Source: Vicinamibacterales bacterium (GTDB lineage: Bacteria > Acidobacteriota > Vicinamibacteria > Vicinamibacterales > UBA8438). Taken from it: a stretch of 64,000 nt of DNA. The stretch lies in assembly GCA_965207615.1 (NCBI GenBank), contig CBDBMZ010000003.1, positions 139,854 to 203,853 of the forward strand, given 5' to 3'. Under the pieces are notes generated by a model. It ran no database searches. It had not been told where the DNA came from and saw only the letters and a program-made list of their open reading frames with translations. Shown here in pieces: positions 17,989 to 26,368 of the stretch. Numbering within the stretch: the first letter of the stretch is position 1; each line of letters begins with the position of its first letter. The translations under genes and the position numbers were made by a program.

Positions 17989-19527
17989 CTATCCGCTTCG
18001 CCCCTCGGTCGGGGTGGAGGCCGGCACGATGCGCGGCCCCGCCCTCAAGTCCGACGCGACCCAGCCCCCGCCCAGGGCGCGGTGGACCGCAAGCCTGGCC
18101 AGCGCCACGTCCCGCTCGCCGCCGGCGAGCGCCGACTCCGCGTCGAGGAGAGTGCGCAGTGCGTCCAGGAAATCCGCGTAGCCTCCAACGCCCGATCCGT
18201 ACCGCTCCGCCCGGAGATCGACTTCGGCCTGCGCCTCCTCCCGCCGGGATTCGAGCAGGGCGCGGCGCCGGTCCTCGTATCGCATCCCCGCCAGCGCGGT
18301 TTCGACCTCGTTGACCGCCGTCACCACGGTGCGTCCGTAGGCGGCGGCCGCCTCGTTGAAGCGGGCCTCCGCAAGCGTGACGTTGCTCCGAAGCCGGCCG
18401 CCGTCGAAGACCGGCAACAGCAGATTCGCGGCCAGGTTGCTGAACCACTGATGGACGTTGAAGAGTCCGGCGACCTGCGAGTTCTGCAGCCCGAGGGTCC
18501 CGGCGAGGGTGAGCGAGGGGCGAAGCTCGGCGCGGCGGACCTCAATGTCGTAGCCGGCCGCTTCCAGTCGGTGTCCGGCGGCCCTCACGTCCGGGCGCTG
18601 GTGCAGGAGATCGGCCGGAATCCCCGCCGGAACGGCGGTCGCAACCGGCGACGGGGACGGGGAGTCCCCGAGTAGCTCCTCCAGGTCGCGCCGGTAGCCG
18701 CCCAGCATCACCACCAGGCGTCCCTCGGCGCCGGACAACCGATGCTCCAGTTGCGGAAGCCGCGCCTGCGTGTCGAGCAGATCCTGGCGGACCCTGTAGG
18801 TGTCCAGGGAATCCGACAGCCCGCGACGGTAGCGCGTCTCCGCCACCGCCTCCCGCTCCTGGAGCACATCGACCGTCTCGCGGAGGAGCACGACTTGTCG
18901 GCGGTAGCCGACGATCTCGAAGTACGAGGCGATGGTCTCGGCGACGATGCCGATGCGGGCCGCCCGAAAATCCGATTCCGAGGCCAGATACGCGGCTCCG
19001 TCGGCGAGCCGGCTGCTGTCGGCGCGCCCCCAGAAATCCAGCTCGTAGGCGAAGTCGGCGCCCAGCGAAAAGGTGGTGAGCCCCAGTCGATCGGGCAACG
19101 TGAAATCGTCCGTCGCGACGCCGAGCCCTTCGCCGAGTCCCAGCTCCTGGAGTTGCGCCCCGATGCCGGCGTTGGTCGGCGAGCTGAAGTCGTCGACGGA
19201 CGCGCGAGCCCGTATCGTGGGGAGAAACGCGGCGCGCGCGATGCGGGCCGCTTCCCGCGCGTGCTGCACGCGCGCAACCGCCACCGCCATGTCGTGGTTG
19301 GAGGTGAGCACCGACTCGACGATCGTGTCGAGCATCGGGTCGGCGAAGGCCCGCCACCATTCGACCGAATCGTACGCTCCCGTCTCCTCGCTGTTGCTGA
19401 ACTCGGCGGGCAGTTCGTCGGCAATGGCCGTCGGCGACGACACGATCGGCTCGGGAAGCCGGGTCCCGGGCGCGAGCGAACACGCAGAGAGGGCGCAACC
19501 CGCAAACAGCAGCGGGGCAGTCGACAT
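17989..19527 (-). CDS. Efflux outer-membrane factor lipoprotein (NodT/TolC family)
   Basis: Lipobox LLFAGC after the Met at 19527 (the ORF is open to 19617). It has the duplicated TolC-type repeat and ends ..LAVHRALGGGW. Confidence 0.85.
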   Translation of the reverse strand: MSTAPLLFAGCALSACSLAPGTRLPEPIVSSPTAIADELPAEFSNSEETGAYDSVEWWRAFADPMLDTIVESVLTSNHDMAVAVARVQHAREAARIARAAFLPTIRARASVDDFSSPTNAGIGAQLQELGLGEGLGVATDDFTLPDRLGLTTFSLGADFAYELDFWGRADSSRLADGAAYLASESDFRAARIGIVAETIASYFEIVGYRRQVVLLRETVDVLQEREAVAETRYRRGLSDSLDTYRVRQDLLDTQARLPQLEHRLSGAEGRLVVMLGGYRRDLEELLGDSPSPSPVATAVPAGIPADLLHQRPDVRAAGHRLEAAGYDIEVRRAELRPSLTLAGTLGLQNSQVAGLFNVHQWFSNLAANLLLPVFDGGRLRSNVTLAEARFNEAAAAYGRTVVTAVNEVETALAGMRYEDRRRALLESRREEAQAEVDLRAERYGSGVGGYADFLDALRTLLDAESALAGGERDVALARLAVHRALGGGWVASDLRAGPRIVPASTPTEGRSG

Positions 19528-19739
19528 CACGGCCAATGGACTCGACGACCCCGGCGCGCCAGCAGCCGCATTCGCGTTTGCACCCCGTTGGCGAAGCACC
19601 GCCAATGAATACCACAATCCAGACGGTCGGCAAATGGATCAAGGCAACAGCGGGCTTCGATCTGACGGAGTCGGCCCTCCGGACACGGGTCGAGCACGCG
19701 CAGGCCGACCGGACGAAGGGCCGGGACGGGCCTGACTGT

Positions 19740-20005
19740 CGCCCCGGCCGACTCGGCTGCGCCGTGCGGTGGGAGGTGCCCGACAGGAAGGTCTGCGCCC
19801 TGCTGACGCAACGCATGGCCGGAGCGCTGTCAGCACCGATGCGCGAAGGTCTTGATGCGCTGGTCGCCGTCGACGACGACCAGCCGCACTCGCCCCTGAA
19901 CCGGGTCAAGGCGAACTCGTCGGTCCGCGGCATGAAGCGGCTGCTGGTGAGGCTGGAGCTGAGCGAGGCGACCTATGTCCTGGGAGTCGACGTGGGCTGG
20001 GGCAA
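19740..20005 (+). pseudogene. Tn3-family transposase fragment (region around aa ~190-260 of TnpA)
   Basis: ..REGLDALVAVDDDQPHSPLNRVKANSSVRGMKRLLVRLELSEATYVLGVDV.. parallels Tn21 TnpA ..[50 protein letters not shown].. (from memory). No N- or C-terminal continuation is present. Confidence 0.55.
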
Positions 20006-20243
20006 ACAGCAACTACCAGCGGATCCGTCGTCCTCTCGGGCAACGCCCGCCGGATGCTGACCCAGGGCGGGCCGGACAGGGCCCGCGAGCGACGCGGGCC
20101 GCACTGTATCCGATCCGTCCGCCGCGGCCCGCGTGCGGGTCTGTCGGCCCGCCGCTTCGGGGCGTGCCGCTCCGTCCGCCCCTGCTTCAACGCCGTGCCA
20201 GGTCGAGAGGTTGGCTTGCACGCACAGTCGTCCCATCCGCCCC

Positions 20244-20496
20244 CGGAGCGGGGTTGAAGGGCGACCCCGCTCCGAACCCCGGCAGCCGCCGGCGGGGCGG
20301 ACGCCGCCCCCGGCCGGACCTGGAACCGCGGTCCGGCCTCAATCCTGCGGCCGTGAAGGGCGACGGCCGCGGGATGGGCGGCGAACCCCTGCCCTTGCGA
20401 CGGCGCACCCGGCCGGCCTGAAGACCGGGCCGGCCAGACGGGTGCGCCTCTCGCAGATTCCGGGTCAAGGACGGCGGTGGCGAAGAGCGACCGCCG
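20244..20496. repeat. Array of 5 GC-rich stem-loops with different stems but a shared loop, TGAAG(G/A)(G/C)CG
   Basis: H1 20244-20274 cggagcggggt/TGAAGGGCG/accccgctccg. H1b 20313-20337, loop TGGAACCGC. H2 20347-20370, loop (T)GAAGGGCG. H3 20411-20435, loop TGAAGACCG. H4 20472-20496, loop GGCGAAGAGCG. A weaker sixth lies near 20632-20649. Confidence 0.7.
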
Positions 20497-20809
20497 CCGC
20501 TGAACGCCCGGGGCGACGAATCTCCGCTTTCCACCTTGACGGCGCCGGCAAAAACGCGGCTTCGCCGCAGGCCGGCACTTCCTCGCCACCACCACCGCCG
20601 TACCCGACGAGAGAACCGCTCTCTCAGGCCGGCCGGCCTGAACGCCGGCGCCGAAAACCATCGGCTGGTCGATTAGCCGCCCCGGGCAGCGGTCCCCTGC
20701 GGGGCTCCCTGACTCCGGAATCGCGGGCAGGGGTCCTCCGGCGCGACGTGTGCGCCCGAGCGCGGGTCGGCATGAGGCCGGACGCGACTCGCCGCAGGAG
20801 GAGTGAACG

Positions 20810-21559
20810 ATGACCAGCACCCGCGTCCGCAACATGGGGAGGGACCGGTTCCGCGACGGCGACGGGTCCGTCGAACGGCCGAGCCGACAGGGGGATCTGT
20901 TTCCCGAGGACCGGCCGATACGAGTCGGCTCCGAGATCGTCGTGCGCTCGATCGACAGCGGCGGCTCGACCATCCGCGCCCTGCGGGTGACCGCGCAGCT
21001 GCGCCTGCAGGGCTCGGCGCTGGCCGCGGCGCTGGCGAGCCCGGCCGTGAGCTCGGCCCTCGCCGACGTGTCGTATCGCACCGGCGCCGGCCACACGACG
21101 GGCCTCTCGGTGGTCTACCAGCAGGTCGAGCCGCTGACCACGGTCGTCCGCGAGTCGGCCGTGAGCGCCGGGCAGGAGTTCGAGGTCACGTGGCGGGGCG
21201 CCGACGGCCTCCTCGACCAGATGCCGGACCCCGAGCCCATCGACGGCAGTCCGACGCGCGCGGCCGTCGACTGGCACGAGCTGGCGAAGCACGCTCCAGA
21301 CGTCGACGACGAGCGGTCGATGCCGGCCCTCGCCGACCGGAAGGTCCTGCGCCGGCGCGGCCGCGTGACGGTCAGGCGCGGGTTCCTGCGCCCGCCGATG
21401 TCGACCGAGGCCGTCGCGCGCATGGTCGAGCTTCGCGCCCAGGGCCTCGGCTTCAAGCGTATCGCGCGGGCGGTCGGCTGCGCGCCCATCACCGTGTCCC
21501 GCTATCTGCGCAGCTTCGAGGAGGAATGGAATGGACGCCTCCCGCCCTCTGATTGGTAG
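20810..21559 (+). CDS. Hypothetical protein with a C-terminal HTH (resolvase/sigma-like)
   Basis: AGGAGG RBS. The C-terminus reads STEAVARMVELRAQGLGFKRIARAVGCAPITVSRYLR. I do not recognise the ~170-aa N-terminal part. Confidence 0.65.
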   Translation: MTSTRVRNMGRDRFRDGDGSVERPSRQGDLFPEDRPIRVGSEIVVRSIDSGGSTIRALRVTAQLRLQGSALAAALASPAVSSALADVSYRTGAGHTTGLSVVYQQVEPLTTVVRESAVSAGQEFEVTWRGADGLLDQMPDPEPIDGSPTRAAVDWHELAKHAPDVDDERSMPALADRKVLRRRGRVTVRRGFLRPPMSTEAVARMVELRAQGLGFKRIARAVGCAPITVSRYLRSFEEEWNGRLPPSDW

Positions 21560-21595
21560 CGGCAACATGAAGGGGACCCCCTGAGCACTCGGAAG

Positions 21596-21630
21596 CCGCG
21601 CTCTCCTGGCGATGAGCCAGGAGAGCGCGG
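21596..21630 (+). terminator. Perfect 14-bp stem-loop 37 nt downstream of the HTH gene (no U-tract)
   Basis: ccgcgctctcctgg-cgatgag-ccaggagagcgcgg. Confidence 0.4.
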
Positions 21631-21873
21631 AGGTGAGTCAGGATGAACCGGTGGGCCGAGAGCACGCGACCGACATCAGGGCGAGCACAGATAGAGACTC
21701 ACGCTCCTGGCGCCGGTGCCGCGCCACGCCGCCCTTCGGCCGGCGTGGCGGTTGTCAGGCGGGCCGGCCCGCTGCAACGCGGCCTCGGTCGAGCCCGCCG
21801 ACGCTCGATGTCGTGAACGTCCGGGGGCCGAGCTGTCTGTCACCGGTCCGTTACGTAACGGTGAGGAGTAGTC

Positions 21874-22164
21874 GTGGCGTTGACGAACGCGGAGCGGCAG
21901 GCGCGCTACCGGGAGCGGCGACAGGCCGCCGAGCCCCGGATCCGGTATCGCCGGCCGGCGGACCGGCGGTCGCGGCCACAGCAGTGGGACGGCGCGGTCC
22001 GGACGCTCCTGGCACTTCAGGACCAGTATCGGGCGTGGCAGGACGCGTTGCCTGCATCCCTCGCCGGGTCCGCGACCGCGGCGTTGCTCGAGCAGGTCTG
22101 CGAGCTCGATCTGTCGGTCCTGGAGGCAGTCGAGCTTCCCAGGGGGTTCGGGCGTGACCGCTGA
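21874..22164 (+). CDS. Small conserved MGE-associated protein, function unknown
   Basis: GTG start with a GAGGAG RBS. The N-terminus LTNAERQARYRERR and the C-terminus ..ELPRGFGRD resemble small proteins I have seen next to recombinases on plasmids and transposons. I have no family name for them. Confidence 0.55.
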   Translation: MALTNAERQARYRERRQAAEPRIRYRRPADRRSRPQQWDGAVRTLLALQDQYRAWQDALPASLAGSATAALLEQVCELDLSVLEAVELPRGFGRDR

Positions 22165-22494
22165 ACCGCCGGCAACAAGCTTCCGCTTGGTGGCTACGAC
22201 CCGGCGCTGTCGGGCCCATCAGCATGACCGTGTGCTCGCCGGCGTCAAGCCGCGTCGCTTCGCTCCGCCCCCGCTTCGCGGGGCTGACGGCCTTGACGCC
22301 GGCTGCGCGCACGGTCCCAGGCTGGTCTGCCCGACAGCCCCACGGAACGCTCAGCGAGGAGGGCCCGGAATCTGATGTGTTGACGGAGAACCTGGGGGGG
22401 CCTTTCACGGTGAAGGTGGACCCCCCGGGCCGACGGCATCTAAAGTGCCCAAGGGGGAAGCGCAAGCTCTTCCCAGGCAACCGGGAGGTCCAAG

Positions 22495-23520
22495 ATGAAG
22501 AATAGCAGAACGGTCGTCGGCGTGGACACGGCGAAGCGGGTGTTTCAGTTGCACTGGGTCGACCTCGAGACCGGCGAGATGGTGGACAGGCGGTTGAGCC
22601 GTGGGAAGTTCCTGGAGCACTTCGCCAATCGGGCGGCATGCCTGGTAGGCCTGGAAGCCTGTGGCGGGTCGCAGCACTGGGCGCGCCGGCTCCGCGAGTT
22701 GGGCCACGAGGTCCGTATGGTGCCGGCGAAGATGGTGCGGCCGTTCGTGAGTGGCAACAAGAACGACGCGGCTGATGCGCGGGCGATCTGGACGGCGGTT
22801 CAGCAGCCCGGCGTCAAGACGGTGGCGGTCAAGAGCGAGGAGCAGCAGGGGGTGCTGGCGCTGCATCGGATGCGGCAGCAACTCGTGAAGTTCCGCACGG
22901 CGCAGATCAACGGCCTGCGGGGCCTGTTGGCCGAGTACGGCGAGGTGATGCCGCGCGGCCGCACGGGAATGCGGCGGGACATGGCCGCGGCGCTTGCCCG
23001 GGTCTCGGAGCAGCTGCCGGCCCTGGTGGTCGAGACGTTGCGAGAGCAGTGGGCACGCGTGTCGCAGTTGGATGCGGAGGTCGGGGCGATCGAGCGGCGA
23101 CTGGCGGTGTGGCACCGGAGCAGCGAGGCGAGCCGGCGGATTGCGGCGATCCCGGGTGTCGGCGTGCTGAGCGCGACCGCGGCGGTGGCGGCGATGGGCG
23201 ACCCGTCCGCGTTCCGGTCCGGTCGCGAGTTTGCCGCGTGGCTGGGACTGGTGCCCCGCCACAGCGGCACGGGGGGGAAGGTGCGCATGCTCGGCATCTC
23301 GAAGCGGGGAGACAGGTACCTGCGCACTCTGCTGATCCACGGCGCCCGCTCGGCGCTCACCCACGCCAAGACCCCGTCGACCTGGCAGCTCCAGCTGGCC
23401 AGACGTCGTCCGCCGAATGTGGCGGCCGTGGCGCTGGCGAACAAGACAGCGCGCACGATCTGGGCCTTGCTGGCCCATGACCGGGAGTACGATCCGAACT
23501 TTGCTGTCCAGTCCGCCTGA
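22495..23520 (+). CDS. IS110-family DEDD transposase/recombinase
   Basis: VVGVDTAKRVFQLH.., LEACGGSQHWARRLRELGHEVRMVPAKMVRPFVSGNKNDAADARAI, IPGVGVLSATA, GLVPRHSGTGGKVRMLGISKRGDRYLRTLLIHGAR, ALANKTARTIWALL. It is collinear with the IS4321/IS5075 transposase as I recall it. Confidence 0.9.
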   Translation: MKNSRTVVGVDTAKRVFQLHWVDLETGEMVDRRLSRGKFLEHFANRAACLVGLEACGGSQHWARRLRELGHEVRMVPAKMVRPFVSGNKNDAADARAIWTAVQQPGVKTVAVKSEEQQGVLALHRMRQQLVKFRTAQINGLRGLLAEYGEVMPRGRTGMRRDMAAALARVSEQLPALVVETLREQWARVSQLDAEVGAIERRLAVWHRSSEASRRIAAIPGVGVLSATAAVAAMGDPSAFRSGREFAAWLGLVPRHSGTGGKVRMLGISKRGDRYLRTLLIHGARSALTHAKTPSTWQLQLARRRPPNVAAVALANKTARTIWALLAHDREYDPNFAVQSA

Positions 23521-23885
23521 TGTTGGGCAGCGCAGGAGCGTGAACCACGAATCGGAGGAGGTGGCCGCCGAAGGTTGCGCAAGGCAACGACAAGGTGTGA
23601 TGGCAAACAGGTCAGACCGCGACCCGCCAAGCCTGGACCGGCCCTCAAGGGGAAACACCCTACAGGAGGAATGAGGCGCGGGTCGGCTGATTCCATCGGG
23701 GCCAGCAGGAGTCGATCCTGCACGAACAGGCCGGATATAGAGCTGCAACCTGTTCCCAGGCACACCGAATCGAGCCTTGCCTAGCGGGAGGCGTCCATAT
23801 AGAGGGTCGATGACGGTTTCCGCGACGTGGCGCTTCACGTCCGGCGATCGGGTCGGCCGAGCCGTGTAGGATCCCCCCGTACAGT
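23521..23885 (+). ncRNA. Candidate IS110-family guide (bridge/seek) RNA in the 3' non-coding tail
   Basis: No credible ORF. Several local stems (gaacagg..cctgttc 23724-23756; gacgtg..cacgtc 23823-23840). Two AT-rich ATATAGAG octamers sit 62 nt apart in otherwise GC-rich sequence. The position matches the IS1111-subgroup arrangement. Confidence 0.3.
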
Positions 23886-24218
23886 GACACGCCCCGGCAC
23901 CCATGCCGGGGCGTGGATTCCCAGGTCGGCCCGTCCGAACGCTTGTGCAGGCAGGACGACGGGCTGACCTTCCAAGCGGGCGCGATAATGCCCGAACGGT
24001 CGAAGCTTACCCGCTCGTCGAATCCGCGTCAACGGATACCGATCAGCGCCCGGGACGGCGCGGCCCGAGGCCGCGCGTTAGTGACGGTCTCTTGCTTTGC
24101 CTTCCGGAGCTGATACGCCAACTGACGGCGCGTCTCGATCGGCACCCCGACGAGCGAACGTACGCACCTCGTCGAGCAGTGTGCTCAGTTCCGCAATTTC
24201 GGCCCACCCCAAGAGAGT

Positions 24219-24247
24219 TTGACATCCTGCGGGCAGGCCAGTAATCT
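24219..24247 (+). promoter_or_regulatory. Sigma70-like promoter: TTGACA, 17-nt spacer, TAATCT
   Basis: TTGACA at 24219-24224, a 17-nt spacer, TAATCT at 24242-24247. The ATG at 24257 is only 9 nt after the -10 element, which implies a leaderless or near-leaderless mRNA. Confidence 0.5.
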
Positions 24248-24256
24248 CCATGACCA

Positions 24257-24544
24257 ATGAGTGACATCGCACAGGCAATTGCTGACCGCCAAAGTGAAAT
24301 AGACCGCCTCCAGGCCGAGATCAAGGCGTTGACCGACGTCGAGCAGATGCTTGGAGCGTCCGCACCGACGGCACGCTCTTCGCCGCGGCGCTCCTCGCGG
24401 AAGAAGTCCGCCGTCGCCGAGAGCGAACCCGAGGCCAAGCCAAAACGGAAGCGCCGGTCCATGACGGCCAAGGAGAAGAAGGCGGTATCGGAGCGCATGA
24501 CCGCCTACTGGGCGGAGCGGAGGAAGAAGGCCACCAAGAAGTAG
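24257..24544 (+). CDS. Small basic coiled-coil protein (Lys/Arg-rich C-terminus), function unknown
   Basis: The N-terminal coiled coil (IADRQSEIDRLQAEIKALTDVEQ) is followed by ..KPKRKRRSMTAKEKKAVSERMTAYWAERRKKATKK. A good promoter lies upstream. Confidence 0.55.
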   Translation: MSDIAQAIADRQSEIDRLQAEIKALTDVEQMLGASAPTARSSPRRSSRKKSAVAESEPEAKPKRKRRSMTAKEKKAVSERMTAYWAERRKKATKK

Positions 24545-25240
24545 TGTGCTTGCGCCGAGGGTGGCGGGGCAGCCCGGTCGCCGGACGCGCGGCAACTGCC
24601 CCGACGATTTCGCGGGCTTTGCCGCCTGCCCCTGGGAATCTGACGCCGATCGACCGATACATCCGGCATGCGAAAACCGACCCGACAGGCCAGGCTGATG
24701 GACGCGCTGCTCGCGGTTGAAGAAGCCCGCCCGACTGCGCTTCCTCCCCCCAAGCTCGGCATTGTGCCCGGCGGCACCGTGGACGCCGTGCGGCGCCTGC
24801 TCGCAGAGCCTACCCCGGAGTTGAGCCCGCTTCACGCGGTCGGGTCCGGGTCCGTCCGCATCGGCTGCCCGGCCCACCCGAGCCATCCAGGATCGACCCG
24901 CTCTACGCCGTCCGGGTAGGTGACAACGGCCAAGCCCCCACGTATCGCCGTCGCCGTCCCGGTGCGGCCGGACAAGTCCCGCACCCTCACACGCCGCCAT
25001 CGCCAGCCTCGCGAATCAACCGCCGCAGAACTTCACCGTCCACCACCCTCCCTCTCCCTTGTGGTCGACTCCCTCGGCCGCGGCCGCCTCGGGGCGCACC
25101 CGCGGCTCCGGGGTCACCGCCGGTTGTAGCGCGGACCGTGCGCACCGGCGTAGCCGCTTCTCGTGCACCCCTCGAGAACCGGTCGGCTTGGCACTGCGGC
25201 ATCGCGGCCGATACCTGCGGGGCCGCGGGACCCAAGGATG

Positions 25241-25325
25241 CGCGAGCCCTGGTGAACCTGACGCCCATCGCGGGTCTCGAACGGCACCTGCATCGCTGCC
25301 AGGGCGACGCGCGCCTCGCGTTGCG
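25241..25325 (+). repeat. 85-bp direct repeat, copy 1 (partner at 26815-26899)
   Basis: cgcgagccctggtgaacctgacgcccatcgcgggtctcgaacggcacctgcatcgctgcc... I count 78/85 identical to copy 2. Confidence 0.85.
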
Positions 25326-25400
25326 TACGGTGCGCGAGGCGGTGCTCGAACGCAACCGCGAAGGACGGACGGCATGACCTCGGCGACGACGGGGCGGATC

Positions 25401-26291
25401 TCAGAAACCGTCGGTCAACTCCGACACATTCATGCCCGCCGCCTTCTTCAGGCGCTCGATCAGCTTCCGGTGAATCCGGGCGGGGTCGCCACCGTTGGTC
25501 ACCACCGCGAGCTCCGAGATGCACGTGGCGTGCATACCGCAGAGGACGAAGTCGTTCATGCCCCGGGCGCCGAGGAAGTGCGCGCCGGCGAGCAGCGAGG
25601 CGGCGTCGATGACGACCCCGTAGGCGCTCCTGCCGATCCGCTCCTTCACCTCGTCGGCGAGTATGGCCCAGTTGTTCTCGGTGAACCGCTTCATCGCCTC
25701 GTCGTTCGCGGTGCGGTGGCACCGGAACTCCTCGTCCGAGGTGATGCCCCATGCGTTCTCGGTCCAGTTCCCGGCGGCGTCCTTGAAGCCGATGTCCCGC
25801 AGGGCGGCCCGGGTCATCTGGTAGTAGCCGATGGCCGTGCTGTTCGACGGGCTGAGGCCGCAGCCCGTCGATTCGTGCCGCCTCGCCAAGTCCAGGTAGT
25901 CCCGCACGCCGGCGTTGTTCGCCGCGGCGACAGCGGTGGCGCTCACGAGGCCGGCCAGCGCGGCGGCTGCGCCGTGCGCATTGGCATCGGCACCCCGCGC
26001 GCGAGGGCCTCGACCGTGGCCAGGCTTCCGGCGCGGGTCGCGGTCATCAGCACCTCGTCTCGCCTCCCCGCCGTCTCGAGGTCGTCGTGGTACGTCGCCC
26101 AGTGGAGGGCGATCATGCCGTCGACCCTGCGCCGCGTTGACGTCGGCGCCCCCCGCGTGCAGCAGGGTGCGGACCAGCGCGGCGTTCCCCTCCTGGGCCG
26201 CGGCGGCGAACGGGGCCTCGCCGGCCGCCCACGCGGCTCCGGCCAGTCCCAGCGCCAGCACCGACGGTCGGGCGATTCGTCCTGGTTGCAT
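25401..26291 (-). CDS. Secreted ankyrin-repeat / lysozyme-like (SLT-like) protein; the ankyrin part appears out of frame
   Basis: AGGAGA RBS and signal peptide MQPGRIARPSVLALGLAGAAWA. AAQEGNAALVRTLLHAGGADVNAA is an ankyrin start, but the next ~55 codons make sense only in another frame (VDGMIALHWATYHDDLETA..TRAGSLATVEALARG). The C-terminal HESTGCGLSPSNSTAIGYYQMT..LLAGAHFLG looks transglycosylase-like; that call is tentative. Confidence 0.5.
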   Translation of the reverse strand: MQPGRIARPSVLALGLAGAAWAAGEAPFAAAAQEGNAALVRTLLHAGGADVNAAQGRRHDRPPLGDVPRRPRDGGEARRGADDRDPRRKPGHGRGPRARGADANAHGAAAALAGLVSATAVAAANNAGVRDYLDLARRHESTGCGLSPSNSTAIGYYQMTRAALRDIGFKDAAGNWTENAWGITSDEEFRCHRTANDEAMKRFTENNWAILADEVKERIGRSAYGVVIDAASLLAGAHFLGARGMNDFVLCGMHATCISELAVVTNGGDPARIHRKLIERLKKAAGMNVSELTDGF

Positions 26292-26368
26292 CCGGATTCT
26301 CTCCTGGCCCGGCGACCTCCGCCTCGGCGCCGATCGCCGCCGGCCCCCGATTGATATCGACCGTTGCG

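Larger units (their letters stand above)
22385..23885 (+). mobile_element. IS110-family element, IS1111 subgroup (IS4321/IS5075-like); ends approximate
   Basis: The transposase is at 22495-23520. The 5' leader is short and the 3' non-coding tail is ~365 nt. G7 at 22394-22400 and C6 at 23872-23877 may mark the ends (imperfect IR tgggggggcc / ggatcccccc). Confidence 0.6.

Noticed and set aside
24668-24919. 83-aa ORF (MRKPTRQARLMDALLAVEEARPTA..) downstream of the small basic protein
   Set aside because: No RBS and no motif, and the second half is Pro/Ser/Gly-rich. I cannot distinguish it from a chance open frame.
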